NCBI GenBank assembly: GCA_013416795.1 | Contig: RQSC01000602.1 | Span: 1 to 64,000, forward strand | From: Prasinococcaceae sp. CCMP 1430 | Lineage: Eukaryota > Plantae > Prasinodermophyta | Length of the DNA stretch: 64,000 bases | Reading direction: 5' to 3' | Notes under the pieces: generated by a model | What the model was told of the DNA's origin: nothing | What the model saw: only the letters and a program-made list of their open reading frames with translations | Database searches by the model: none | Part shown: positions 12,480-23,575 of the stretch, piece after piece | Position numbering within the stretch: position 1 is the stretch's first letter | Layout: each line of letters starts with the position of its first letter | Translations under genes and position numbers: made by a program

Positions 12480-12846
12480 CATCAAATAGCGTGCGATGAA
12501 AGTTTTGGACGGCATCGCATGCCATTTGATCATGCGCTTCGGCGCGCATGATCAAATCGCATGCGATGAAAGTTTTGGACGGGGCCCGAAACGCACAGAA
12601 ACGCGCGCATGCGCTTTGATGGTACGTTTCGAAACGTACGCCCCGAAAACGAAACGTACCATCAAATAGCATGTATGAAAGTTTTGGACGGCATCGCATG
12701 CTATTTGATCATGCGCTTCGGCGCGCCTCATCAAAAAGCATGCGATGAAAGTTTTGGACGGGGCCCGAAACGTACAGAAACGCGCAGATGGGCTTTGATG
12801 GTACGTTTCGAAACGTACACCCAGAAAACGAAACGTACCATCAAAC
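12480..12846. repeat. ~180-bp tandem repeat x2 with nested palindromes
   Basis: Units start catcaaa at 12480, 12660, 12839. 17-bp inverted arms 12615-12631/12650-12666; perfect 18-bp palindrome gtacgtttcgaaacgtac at 12622-12639; subrepeat gatgaaagttttggacgg. Confidence 0.9.
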
Positions 12847-12970
12847 CCATTCAAAAGTGCCAGGTCAAAAATGCACCGTCCAAAGCGTCCAAAATCCGTC
12901 CAAAAAAAGGCCCAATGCAAACTCACCTCGCCCATCCTCCAAGTTTTGGATCTGCGTACGTATTGGATCT

Positions 12971-13142
12971 GCGTGCGTTTTGACGTGTCCTCGGCGGAGC
13001 GCGTGCGTTTTGATGGTGCTCTGCTTGGCGCGCGTGCGATTTGACGTGTCCTCGGCGGAGCGCGTGCGTTTTGACGGTGCTCTGCTTGGCGCGCGTGCGA
13101 TTTGACGCGTCCTCGGCGGAGCGCGTGCGTTTTGATGGCGCT
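12971..13142. repeat. 61-bp tandem repeat x~2.8 (~30-bp subunits)
   Basis: gcgtgcg(t/a)tttgacgtgtcctcggcggagcgcgtgcgttttgatggtgctctgcttggcgc, starting at 12971, 13032 and 13093. Confidence 0.9.
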
Positions 13143-13812
13143 CGCCCGCCACAGCTGGCGGCGCGCCCGCGGAAGCGCAGGCGCGCGCGCGGTGGGTTCC
13201 ATGGAATCCATACTTTTTGCGATATAATAAGCGAATCCATGTGTTGAATAGGATGTATATTGACGAAAGGATTCCGTTTGGGCGCCGTTGGAATCGGACG
13301 GAGGGGGGCGACCCGGTCGCGCGGAGCGGGAGCGGGGCGCGCGCGCGCGGCGCGTCGCGCGGCCGTTTTCGCGGGAGGGGAAAGCGCCTCGCGAGGGGTT
13401 CAAGCGTACCAAGAACCGCGGGACGAAAGCGCGGCGCNGCGCGCTGCGGGCGCTCCGCTCCGCGCGAGGACGCGGGGCGAGATCTGCGCCTGCACCCGCG
13501 CCCCGGAGCGCGGGCGGTGCCGGCCCCTCTCAGAGACTACGCAGGGGCGCGCGCTGTGCGAGCTCGCGGCGAGAGAAAAAGAGGGTCGCCCACCTGCCGT
13601 CGTGTGCCGAGCTGCGCGCGCAGCAACCTCCAGCCTCGCGCGCCCTGCGCGCGCGGCGCGGCCAACTACCTGCTTTGGGGTGGGGGGGGTGGGAGGGGAG
13701 GGGGGGGGGAAGGAGGGGCGTCGAGCGCCGTTCGCTGGCTCGCTCACTGACACCTGCGACCGCGCACGCAACGAGCGCAGGGCACGCGCGCACGCACCCA
13801 CCGGCAGGGACG

Positions 13813-14885
13813 ATGTTGAAGCGCCTCTTTGGCTCGTCCAAGGATGGCGGCAGCGGCATCGCCGCAAGCGGCAGGTGAGCGACGCGCGCCGTGGGCGCGG
13901 GACGGGGAGGACGCCGCTGCTCGTCGCGGGCGCGCTGCGCGCGTCGTCCGCCAACTGACTCGCGCGCGCTCCAACCGCCGACTCGCATCGTGCCGCATCG
14001 CGCCGTCGCAGCAGCAGAGGCGCTCCGACTGCGAAGGACACCGTGAAGACCGTCGAGCAGATGCAGTCGACGCTCGAGATGCTGGAGAAGAAGGAGCGGC
14101 TGCTGCAGAAGCGCGCGGAGCAAGAGGTCGCCAAGGCGAAGGAGTACTCGCGCGCCAAAAACAAGAGCGCGGCGCTCGCGTGTCTCAAGAAGAAGAAGCT
14201 CTATGAGCAGCAGGCAGGTGCGTGTCCTCCCGCCGGAGCGTGGCTGCGCGTGCACACCCGCGCGCAGTGCGCAGCTCGGATCGCTGGAGGATGCTGCTTT
14301 TCGCGCGCGCCCCGGCGAGCCGCGTTGGGCGCGATGGCGCCCAGTGTTCACGTCGAGTCGCTGACGATCCTCCGCCGCGCGCCTCGCCCGGGTGGCTTCG
14401 CGGTGCCCGCTTTCGTCGGCGTGCTCGCAGTGAACCTCGCAAACAACCAGATGCGCATCCACGAGAACATCTTGATGCTCGAGACAGCCAAGGCGACGAC
14501 GGAGACGGTGTCGGCTCTGCGCGCGGGCGCGTCGCAGATGAAGGCGGAGCAGAAGGCGAGTGACATCAATGACGTGGACAAGGTCATGGAGGAGATCAAC
14601 GATGTCACCGACATGCAGCGCGAAATCCAGGACGCGCTTGGCACGCCCGTGGGCATGGCCGCGGACCTGGACGACGACGAGCTGCTGGGCGAGCTTGACG
14701 AGCTCGAGGCTGAGGACCTGGACGACCAGATGATGGCCGGCGTGGCGCCCGCGCCGATCACCGCCGCACCCGCAGCAGCCGCGCCCGCGATGCCGTCGGT
14801 GCCCAAGGCAGCGCCCGTCGCGCCCGCCGCGGAAGCCGACGAGGACGCCGAGCTCGCGGCCCTCGAGGCGGAGATGGCGCTGTGA
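13813..14885 (+). CDS. SNF7: ESCRT-III subunit SNF7/VPS32 (3 exons, ~13813-13874, ~14011-14216, ~14431-14885)
   Basis: MLKRLFG N-terminus; TLEMLEKKERLLQKRAEQE..KNKSAALACLKKKKLYEQQ; NNQMRIHENILMLE; DVDKVMEEI; DDDELLGELDELE; acidic C-terminal ELAALEAEMAL. Confidence 0.93.
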
Positions 14886-15186
14886 GCGAGCGCGCCCACC
14901 GCACGCACCGCGCGTCGACGGGCGCTCGCGGCGCTCTGCACGTCACCCTGTAACAACCCCCTGTCAGAATTGCTTCGACTGGGAGCGGATCCGTGCGTGG
15001 CCGCGCGCGCGCGCCGGCCTCGCGACTCGCGTGTGCCGTGAGGTTGTGTGCCCAAACTGCCGTCGATTATGTATGGTAAGGCGCAGCAGTTGCGGCGAGG
15101 GCGCCACCGAGGAGGAAAGCAGATATTAGACAAGGTGTGTTGCTCGGGGGGACCCGGCGGTCCGCCCCTTGTCTGTGTTTGCTGCT

Positions 15187-15554
15187 TTACGCCTTGACGG
15201 CGAACTTGCGCTGCGGGAAGGCCGACTTGGCCTTCTTGGCCTTGGCGGTCACGGCGCCCGCCTGCGTCTTGGTGAGCTTCCTGCGGAGCGCGCGCGTCTT
15301 CTTCTCGCGGAGGTCGAGGGGCACGTACTTCTTGCCCTCGAACGCCTTGCGCAGCTCCGACTTGACCATCTGCGAGATCACGGTGTTCACCTGCGCGATG
15401 GCGAGGCGCACCACCTTGATCTTGGACAGCTTGTTGGGCGCGCCGCCGGTCACCTTGGCGACGCGCAGCGCGGCGAGCTCCGTCTTGAGCTCCTTAAGCT
15501 GCGTCTCCAGGTCCGCCTTGGACTTGGTGCGGAGCTCGTGGACCTTGACCTTGA
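15187..15554 (-). CDS. RPL35: 60S ribosomal protein L35 (uL29); first exon unresolved or in gap
   Basis: [55 protein letters not shown]...[18 protein letters not shown]...[10 protein letters not shown]; acceptor CACAG at 15555. Confidence 0.96.
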
Positions 15555-16595
15555 CTGTGGGATTGCGAGCGAGCGAGCGAGCGGGCGCGGCGACGGATGG
15601 GCGGGGCAAACGTCAGCAAAAGTCCGATCGGCACAGCATGTCGGAGAGGGCCACCGCACGCAAGCGCAGGTGGTCGCGAGTCGCGGCGGTGTGCGCGCAA
15701 AGGCGTGCGCCCGCCGGCACGCGGATTTGCGGGGCGGGGCGGCGCGCCGCGCATCCGCCGCACTGCCGCTCACAGGCAAGCCTTAGAACGCAAGCGATGG
15801 CGGCGGGNNNNNNNNNNNNNNNNNNNNNNNNNNNNNNNNNNNNNNNNNNNNNNNNNNNNNNNNNNNNNNNNNNNNNNNNNNNNNNNNNNNNNNNNNNNNN
15901 NNNNNNNNNNNNNNNNNNNNNNNNNNNNNNNNNNNNNNNNNNNNNNNNNNNNNNNNNNNNNNNNNNNNNNNNNNNNNNNNNNNNNNNNNNNNNNNNNNNN
16001 NNNNNNNNNNNNNNNNNNNNNNNNNNNNNNNNNNNNNNNNNNNNNNNNNNNNNNNNNNNNNNNNNNNNNNNNNNNNNNNNNNNNNNNNNNCCTCCGAGCT
16101 CCCCCCCCTCCCCAGCACGCACACACACACCGCCCGCCCAGGCGCGCCTTCCCGCTGCGCGACGCGCGCGACGCACCCATCGTGAGCGGCGGGGGGTGAG
16201 CACTGCGCGCAGTGTGGCGCGCGCGCGCCGGCCCGCATGCGCGCCCCCCCCTCACGCGCGCGCGCGCGCCCGCCGGCGTCGCGGCAGCCAACGCGCGGAA
16301 AACAGAGCGTTTTGCCGTTCGGATCCGTTTGATGGAAAATTCGCATGCGAATGAAAAACCGCACGCGTTTTCAGGTCACCCCTCCCTCCGATTTTGATTT
16401 TGATTTTTTGTTTTGTTTTTAATTTCGCGTTCGAGCGGACCTCTCCGCGGAGTTGGGAAATTCCGCGGAAAAAAAGTTTGGGCGCGTTTGACTCCGTCGA
16501 ATCGGGCGCCGCGCGCGGCCCGATGCTCTTTTGGCACCGCGCGCCGCCGCGAGCAAATCGCGGATGGATGACATTCGAATCCGTCGAATGTTTTT

Positions 16596-16639
16596 TGCCC
16601 CGAAAATATTTATTTCGGTCTGTTTCGTTCCTCTGGATA
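16596..16639 (-). repeat. 44-bp dispersed intergenic element, copy 2 (inverted relative to copy 1)
   Basis: Reverse complement tatccagaggaacgaaacagaccgaaataaatattttcggggca; 2 mismatches to 1297-1340. Confidence 0.85.
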
Positions 16640-17541
16640 AGAAGCTGCGCTGGCGGCGCGTCGTTCGGTCAACCTCCATGCGATTTGGGCGTGCAATGTC
16701 AAATCTCACGCAATAAGAGCCGTATCACGCCCCACGCGCGAGGCATTCGCACGTCACAATTAGTTGAAAGCTGGCGCAGGTCGTTTCGCGTGCGCTTTCG
16801 GACGCGCGCGCGCGCGCCTCGTCGATGCCGGCGATGCGATGCGATGCGGTGCGATGCGGTGCGGTGCGTTGCCCGCCACACCGCGCGCGTGCCGAGCCAA
16901 TCCCCTGGTGGAGCCGACCCTCCGGCCGCCTCCCGCGGAGGAGGAGGAGCGCGCCGCCGTCGCGAAGGGCCGGGGGCAGCCGGCGCGTAGCGCCCGCCGG
17001 GTGCCCCCGCGGGCTGGGAGCGGGGGNNNNNNNNNNNNNNNNNNNNNNNNNNNNNNNNNNNNNNNNNNNNNNNNNNNNNNNNNNNNNNNNNNNNNNNNNN
17101 NNNNNNNNNNNNNNNNNNNNNNNNNNNNNNNNNNNNNNNNNNNNNNNNNNNNNNNNNNNNNNNNNNNNNNNNNNNNNNNNNNNNNNNNNNNNNNNNNNNN
17201 NNNNNNNNNNNNNNNNNNNNNNNNNNNNNNNNNNNNNNNNNNNNNNNNNNNNNNNNNNNNNNNNNNNNNNNNNNNNNNNNNNNNNNNNNNNNNNNNNNNN
17301 NNNNNNNNNNNNNNNNNNNNNNNNNNNNNNNNNNNNNNNNNNNNNNNNNNNNNNNNNNNNNNNNNNNNNGCGGCGGCAGGGGGGGTCCGCGGGCGGGCCG
17401 GCGCGCGCGCCCGCGCGCGCGCATGTGTTGGGATCGCGGCCGCGCGCGCGCAAGCGCTCGAGGCAGCGATGCTGACCGGCGCCGTCGTGCACCCACACCC
17501 ACGCACACACACATCCCACCCCACCGCCACGCGCGCACACA

Positions 17542-18684
17542 GGATGACGACAACTTCGGGCTGGTAGACCCCGAGGCCGAGCGCAAGAAGGCCGAGGAGG
17601 AGGCGGCAGCCAAGGCGGCCGCCGAGGCAGCCGCCAAGGCCGAGGAGGAGGGCGAGGATGAGACGCCCGAGGTGAACGCGGAGCTCGCCGCGATCGAAGA
17701 TATGCTCGAGGACGAGCCCGAGGACGCCGAGGCGGCGGCAGCTGCGGAGGCCGCCGCCGAGGCGGAGGCCAAGGAGGAGGCGGAGCGACTCAGGCGGGAG
17801 GCTGAGGAAAAGGCCGCGAAGGCTGCGGCGGAGAAGGTGCGAGAGGGGCGCGGATGGGCGTGCTGCTCCACGGATGTGTCTCGTGTGTGCGCGCGGGCGC
17901 GCGCGGGCGTGTCTGTTGGTCGCTGCGCTCCGCAATGTCCTCGGAGACGAAGAAAATTGAGAGACCTGAGATGAGTGGGCGATACACCCACGATGCTTCC
18001 AACATCAATGCGGTTATGAGCCCGAGAGGACAGCGGCGCGTGTGATTCGTGCGTGCGGGTCGGTGGGTGGATGGAGAGGTGGTCGGCGGCGGTGTGTGCA
18101 CATGTTTCAAGGGGGCGCGCGTGTGCGATCGCCTCCCGTGCGCACGGGCGCCGCTGCTTGCGGGCGGGCGGCTGACGCGGGCGCCGCCCTCCCGCTCCGT
18201 GCGTGTCTGTGTGCGTGTGTGCCAGGCGGCCGCCGCGGAGGCCGCTCGCACGCTGAGCAAGAAGGAGCTCAAGGCGAAGGAGATGGCCGAGCTCGACTCG
18301 GTGTTCGCCGAAATGGGCATCAACGTGGCGGACAAGAAAGAGGGTCAGGGCGAGAGTAAGAACGCCAAGAAGAAGAAGAAGAAGAAGGCCGCTGCCGCAA
18401 GCAAGGCCAGCGAGGGCGTGGACGGCGGCGAGCAGCAGCAGGCGGAGGCGCCCGAGGCAGCCGAGGAGCCCGCGCCGGAGGAGCCCGCGGCGGCGCCCAT
18501 CGATCCGGCGGAGGCCAAGCGGCGGCTGATGGAGGCGCGGGCGAAGGCCGCCAAGGGGAAGAAGGGCGGCGGTGGGGCGGCCAGCGCGGCGGCCAAGGAG
18601 GCGGCGGCGCGCAACGCGAAGGCGGCCGCGGCCAAGAAGAAGGACAAGAAGACCCACAACCAGGCCCCGCGGCCGCGTGAATAA
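17542..18684 (+). CDS. Conserved green-lineage Lys/Glu/Ala-rich protein of unknown function; 5' part in gap, intron ~17838-18223
   Basis: DDDNFGL... then TLSKKELKAKEMAELDSVFAEMGI and C-terminal KKKDKKTHNQAP. These resemble, from recall, an uncharacterised plant family with LSKKELKKKELAEL..LAELG and KKEKNHYNQQP. Confidence 0.6.
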
Positions 18685-19048
18685 GGCGCGACTGAGGCGG
18701 GAGAGTGCGGCGATTGGATTCGCACTCGCGCGCACGCATGCGCGCAAGCACGCACGGACGCATGCTCGCGGGCACACACACACATACACACCACAGCAAC
18801 GCACGCTGCGACGAAACCAGGTGTGTGGGCGGGGGGGAAAGAGGACCGGGCGTCGAGTGTGCCCGCGTTGTAATGGATTGTCGGCGCGCCGCGCGCACAC
18901 GCGTGGCGTCGCGCGGCCATTTTTCCTCCGTGCGGACTTACTTGCCTCCATGCGCGAGCCTGCATGCATGCGCGGCGCGCATGCACTGCGTATGGACCGT
19001 ACCAGCTTCGTCCCATATTGCATCGACACGCGGCCGTCCGCTCGCCTT

Positions 19049-22000
19049 TCAAGGCAGCAGCTGTTGCGCGCCGCTCACGCCCAAGCCCTCGCACATGAAG
19101 CCGAAGCGCCTCGCAGAGCCGCCATCGTGCGCGTGCTGGTGAGGATGCGCGTGCGCGTGGGCACGCGCGTGTCTGACCACCGATGCCGCGACGGGCTCGA
19201 CCGCCAGCCACGAGGGCGGCGGCGTGCCCGCGACCGGCGCACTTCTTGCACGCGTCGCAATCTGTGGGTCCTGCGGCACGAGTAGCGCACTGCGCCCGAA
19301 GTCGCCGCCACCAAGCGGCCATTGTGCCCCGGACGCCGCTGCGAGCCTCTCTGAGGCCGTCGCATGCAGCGCACTTCGACGTGAATTCATGACGCCGTGG
19401 CTGAGCGCCTCCGTGTATCCTATAGGGTCGAGCGCTGCCAGCGTCGTCCTGGCGCCACCGCCGACGCTACCCGCACCGACGCTCTTCACGCGCCCGCCCG
19501 CTTGTACCAACGCGCGCCGGCTGCGCGGCGCCACGGCGCTCCTGAGCGCGCTGCCCACGCCATGCACAGAGCTTCCCCCGTGCGAGCGCCGGGCGGGCGA
19601 GAACGATGACATCATGGACGAGCGTATGTGCGGGCCTCCTGCGCGCGCGTCGGCACCCGCACCCACGCCCGCATGCGCCATCGCACGCGCCTCGCCGAGG
19701 TGGCGATTGAGGCGTGTGTCTAGCGCGCGCGGTGCCGCCAAGGCGCCCGCGCTCGCGTTCGCGCGACCGGCCGCGTCGACGCGAGCGCCCGCTGTCGAGC
19801 TCACGTACGTAGCCGTTGCCGCCACCACCTCGGCCATGCCACGCCGCACAGCCACCATAGCGGCTGCCAGCCGTCGCGAGTTGCCGTTGCCGCCGCCGCC
19901 CACGCTTGACGCCGACGACGAGCGCGAAATGGTAGTAGTGGCGCATGGTTGGCGCCCAACGCCGACGCGCGGGAGCGCCGATGCCGACGCCAGCCGCGGG
20001 GCGCCCGATGCTTGCGGGGATGCGCTCGGCGCGCCCTTCGCCTCGGCGGCCGAGGGAGCTTCCTCGCCCGTGTAACTACCACTGTCGCTGCCCCTGCTTC
20101 CGTTCCTACTATCCTTGCCGCGCCCTTGCACGGCGTCGGCGCGCTCACGCTTGGCGGTGGCCACTGTGCGCGAGCGTGGCCCCGTGGGAGCGTCCTCGCC
20201 CGTGTAACTACCACTGTCGCTGCCCCTGCTTCCGCTCCTATTACCCGTGCCGCGCCCGTGCACGGCATCGGCGCGCTCACGCTTGGCGGGGTCCACTGCG
20301 CGCGAGCGTGGGACCGTGGGCGGCGGTGGCCCGCCGCGCTCCGCCACCCGCCGCATGGACGCCGATTTGCGGTCAAGCGCGGCCTGTGTGCGCCCGATGC
20401 ATGAGTGTCGATCGAAGACACCCTTGGAGACCTCTAGTAGCCGCGCGTAGCGCTCGGCGAGCGAGGTTGCCAGCTGGTCGTCGCTGTTCTCGTTTGCGCC
20501 CAGCACTGGGTAGATGCGCTGGAAGCCACCGCAGTTCGCATCCTCGTAGGCCACGCGCGCCTCGAGGTCGCGCGTGTCGCGCGCGCGACCTCGCCTGTCG
20601 CCAGAGCCCGCGGGGGCGGCCGCCGCCGCGTTATCGCCAATGCCCTTCGCCGCGCCCTTGGCGGCGCCCTTCGTCGCTCTGCTCGCCGCGCTGCTCGCCG
20701 CACTACCGGTGCGCGATTGCGCGGCCGCCTCGCCTTTGCCTTCCGCCTTTCTACCTCCCTTCCCGCCGCCGCTCCTGCCATCTTTCCCTCCACCGTCCGT
20801 TGCGCGCCGCTTGGGGGTGTACAACCGCCGGCGCATGTCGCTGCGCTCCGCGGCGCGCGCCTTGTTCACCGCGGCGCGGTCGACCTTGGCGAGTGCCAGC
20901 GTGTCCTCAATGAGCGCCGTCTTGATCTGCAGGTCGAGCGCGGTGTCCGTTTGGAAGGACGGCGAGTGGTTGACCTCGATGAGCCACGGGCGCAGCTTCC
21001 AGTCGAGCATGACGTCGAGCCCAAGCAGCTCAAAGCACTTGAAGCCGTCGTCGTCCTCGTGTTGGGCCGTGCACTGGCGGTAGTTGTGCGCGAGGAGCGG
21101 CTGCGCGCTGATGAGCGTCTTGATGACCAGGTCCTTGATCTTCGCCCACAGCGCGTCCACATCTTGCCCCTCACTCGCCAGGTAGTCGACGAAGGTCGAG
21201 AGTGCCCACTTGGAGTCCGCATCGTCCTTTCCCTCCACGCCGCCCTCGTTGAATTTGAAGTTTTCGTTGTGCTTGTTGACTGCATAATTGGTGAGGTGCA
21301 TGCACACCTGGTCGAGGTTGGAGCTCTTGGGCGCCGCGTAGGCCTCCGTGCAGAAGCGCACCAGCCCCTCATCGTACAGGAAAATGCGCAGCGGGTCCAC
21401 CGACAGCACGAGCACGTACAGCCGCAGGTCAAACTTGTGGCCGTTCACGAGGAACGGCTTGTGCAGGTAGCGCTGCGCCACCAGGTTGCTGCACGAGTGC
21501 GCAGCATACGAACGCATGGCGGCCTCGACCGCGGCCGCGCTCTGGACCAGCGTGATGCCCTTGCCCTGGCAGCCTGCGTCGGGCTTCAGGATGAACGTCT
21601 TCCGCTTGCCGCGCTCGAACTGCGCCAGCAGCTCGTCCATCTCTGCGGGCAGCTGGAACGACCGCGGCGAGAAGCCGTACTCGTCGGGCGCGAGCTTCTG
21701 CATGCGCCCCAGGTTCTTCGCCAGCGACTTCTTTCGGCAGATTTCCAGCATTCCCGCGAAGTGGTTGATCCTCTGCACGCGCCGCAGGCGCATCACGCGC
21801 TCCATAGACACCGACGTGTCCGTCCAGTACACGTGCCACTCGTCGTCGTCGCCGCCGACCTCCCTCCACCCCAGCCGACGCTGCACGGAGCGCAGCAGGG
21901 CATACTTGCAGTTGCCCAGGTGGATGGCGATCACCGTGCGGCGCTTCTTCTTCTTGCGCCTGACGACGCGCTTGCCGTCGGCTCCCGCAACGGAGGCCCC

Positions 22001-22111
22001 CGCAGCAGGGTCGCCCGAGGGTGGCCCCGACTGCGCGCCGGCGCCACCCGCCGAAGGCGGCGGCGAGCCCGGCGCCGCCATCTTCGCCGTCGTCGCCGTC
22101 AGCAGCTCCGC
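19049..22111 (-). CDS. TTLL6: Tubulin polyglutamylase, TTLL6/13-like, with long disordered C-terminus
   Basis: WHVYWTDTSVSMERVMRL, QRINHFAGMLEICRK, FILKPDAGCQGKGI, VAQRYLHKPFLVNGHKFDLRLYVLV, EGLVRFCTEAY, CMHLTNYAVNK, CFELLGLDVMLDWKLRPWLIEVNHSPSF. Confidence 0.9.
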   Translation of the reverse strand, partial: AELLTATTAKMAAPGSPPPSAGGAGAQSGPPSGDPAAGASVAGADGKRVVRRKKKKRRTVIAIHLGNCKYALLRSVQRRLGWREVGGDDDEWHVYWTDTSVSMERVMRLRRVQRINHFAGMLEICRKKSLAKNLGRMQKLAPDEYGFSPRSFQLPAEMDELLAQFERGKRKTFILKPDAGCQGKGITLVQSAAAVEAAMRSYAAHSCSNLVAQRYLHKPFLVNGHKFDLRLYVLVLSVDPLRIFLYDEGLVRFCTEAYAAPKSSNLDQVCMHLTNYAVNKHNENFKFNEGGVEGKDDADSKWALSTFVDYLASEGQDVDALWAKIKDLVIKTLISAQPLLAHNYRQCTAQHEDDDGFKCFELLGLDVMLDWKLRPWLIEVNHSPSFQTDTALDLQIKTALIEDTLALAKVDRAAVNKARAAERSDMRRRLYTPKRRATDGGGKDGRSGGGKGGRKAEGKGEAAAQSRTGSAASSAASRATKGAAKGAAKGIGDNAAAAAPAGSGDRRGRARDTRDLEARVAYEDANCGGFQRIYPVLGANENSDDQLATSLAERYARLLEVSKGVFDRHSCIGRTQAALDRKSASMRRVAERGGPPPPTVPRSRAVDPAKRERADAVHGRGTGNRSGSRGSDSGSYTGEDAPTGPRSRTVATAKRERADAVQGRGKDSRNGSRGSDSGSYTGEEAPSAAEAKGAPSASPQASGAPRLASASALPRVGVGRQPCATTTISRSSSASSVGGGGNGNSRRLAAAMVAVRRGMAEVVAATATYVSSTAGARVDAAGRANASAGALAAPRALDTRLNRHLGEARAMAHAGVGAGADARAGGPHIRSSMMSSFSPARRSHGGSSVHGVGSALRSAVAPRSRRALVQAGGRVKSVGAGSVGGGARTTLAALDPIGYTEALSHGVMNSRRSALHATASERLAAASGAQWPLGGGDFGRSALLVPQDPQIATRARSAPVAGTPPPSWLAVEPVAASVVRHARAHAHAHPHQHAHDGGSARRFGFMCEGLGVSGAQQLLP

Positions 22112-22193
22112 CTGCGGGATGGATGGGGGCGGGGGCTACCATGTCCTCGCCGACAGCGGCGGTGGGCATGGTTGGCATCGCGCAGGCGGGCAC

Positions 22194-22817
22194 GCGCAGG
22201 TGAATGCTGAACGTAGAGCCCTCGCCCACTTTCGACTCCAGCTCGAGCTTGCCGCCGTGCAAATCCACGATGATGCGGCAGAGGTAGAGCCCGAGGCCGC
22301 TCGAGTGTTTTGCATTGCGGCGCAGACCCGCGCGCGTCTGCGAGTACGGCTGGAAGAGCCGCGAGGAGTCGTCGTTTGATATGCCGCAGCCGGTGTCGGC
22401 CACGCTCAGGTCGACCTCGACCATGCACGTCGGCTGCATCGCGTCGTCGGCGCCCCGCTCGCCTGTCCCCCCGCCGCCCGCGGCGGGGGCGTCCCCTTCG
22501 ACGATCCTGGCCGCGTACGTGACCGTGACGGAGCCGCCTTCGGGCGTGAACTTGGCTGCGTTGGACAGCAGGTTGTTGATGACCTGCCCTATTCTGAAGG
22601 GGTCGAGCACCAGGGCGTGGGTGTTCAGGAACGCCCGCGTGTTCTCCGAGGCGACCAAGCTGAGCTTCACGCCCGCCGCCGAGAACACGCCTTTCTGCGT
22701 GGACACCTCGCGCTCGATCAGGGCGCCGCAGTGCGCCGCCTCGCTGCAGAGGACAAGCATCTGCTCCTCGTGCTTCATGACGTCGAGCACGTCGTCCAAG
22801 ACGCGCTGCACGACGGT
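22194..22817 (-). CDS. Histidine kinase C-terminal part (end of HisKA + HATPase_c); 5' part lost at single-N join 22818
   Basis: RVLDDVLDVMK (HisKA end); N box DPFRIGQVINNLLSNAAKFTPEGGSV; G1 SVADTGCGI; F box LFQPYSQ; G2 SSGLGLYLCRIIVDLHGGKLELESKVGEGSTFSIHL. Confidence 0.9.
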
Positions 22818-22985
22818 NGTGCGAGGGCGCGCGCGTGGGCGCGTGGGCGCGGTGCTGACGCGATCGCCCGCCGATGCGCGCAACGCGACCTCTCCGCGCC
22901 TGTGTGTGCGCGCGCGTGCGTGCGTGCGTGCGGCGCGCGCGCGTGCGCGCGCGTGGGTGTTGCTGCGCGTCCCGCAGCAGCGACC

Positions 22986-23425
22986 ATGGGCCTCAAGGAG
23001 GACTTCGACAAGGCGGCCGAGGAGGCCAAGGCGCTGCCCGCGTCGACCTCGCAGGAGGATCAGCTCATCCTCTACGGCCTCTTCAAGCAGGTGGGCGCGC
23101 GCGCGGCCGTGCGATTGATCGCGCGCGGCAACGTGTGCGTGTCCGCGCGCGTGCGTGCTATCGTGCGTGGGCGCGGCGTGGGCGCCGGGCTCACGCGAGC
23201 TCTCTCCACCCCCCCCCCCCTCCCCCACTCCACCCCTCCCTTTCTCCCTCCGTCGCGCGCGCGCGCCCTCAGGCCAACATCGGCGACAACACCGCGCCCA
23301 AGCCCGGCATGCTCGACTTCAAGGGCAAGGCCAAGTGGGAGGCCTACAGCAAGAACAAGGGCATGTCCAAGGACGAGGCCATGGAGAACTACATCGCCAA
23401 GGTCGCCGAGCTGCAGGAGGCGTAG
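22986..23425 (+). CDS. ACBP: Acyl-CoA-binding protein (exons 22986-23090, 23273-23425; 85 aa)
   Basis: [18 protein letters not shown]...[10 protein letters not shown]|[25 protein letters not shown]; GT-AG intron. Confidence 0.96.
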
Positions 23426-23575
23426 GGAGCTGCCCCGCCGCGTAACGAAGCGCTCCTTGCGCTCATGGGGCACAGCGCGCAGTGGCACGCCGCTGGCGAC
23501 GGCGGTGGGCGGTGCTACACAGCTACAGTGTGTTTTCTTGAAGAGGCGGCAACAGCCCACGCGCAGTCCGCTTGC

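Noticed and set aside
12480-13142. Regular repeats resembling a CRISPR array
   Set aside because: The units are contiguous tandem copies with no unique spacers, there are no cas genes, and the context is eukaryotic.
304-17567. Long ORF-track entries running through N-gaps (X-filled)
   Set aside because: They are artefacts of translating Ns without stops; only motif-supported segments were kept.
17542-18684. eIF3j
   Set aside because: Composition is similar, but I find no eIF3j core motifs; the LSKKELK..AEL and HNQ motifs fit a different uncharacterised plant family.
21429-22110. Histidine-kinase frame continuing ~220 codons over TTLL as a true overlapping gene
   Set aside because: The translated overlap is low-complexity off-frame text. 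A splice into the TTLL frame or GC-driven stop scarcity explains it better.
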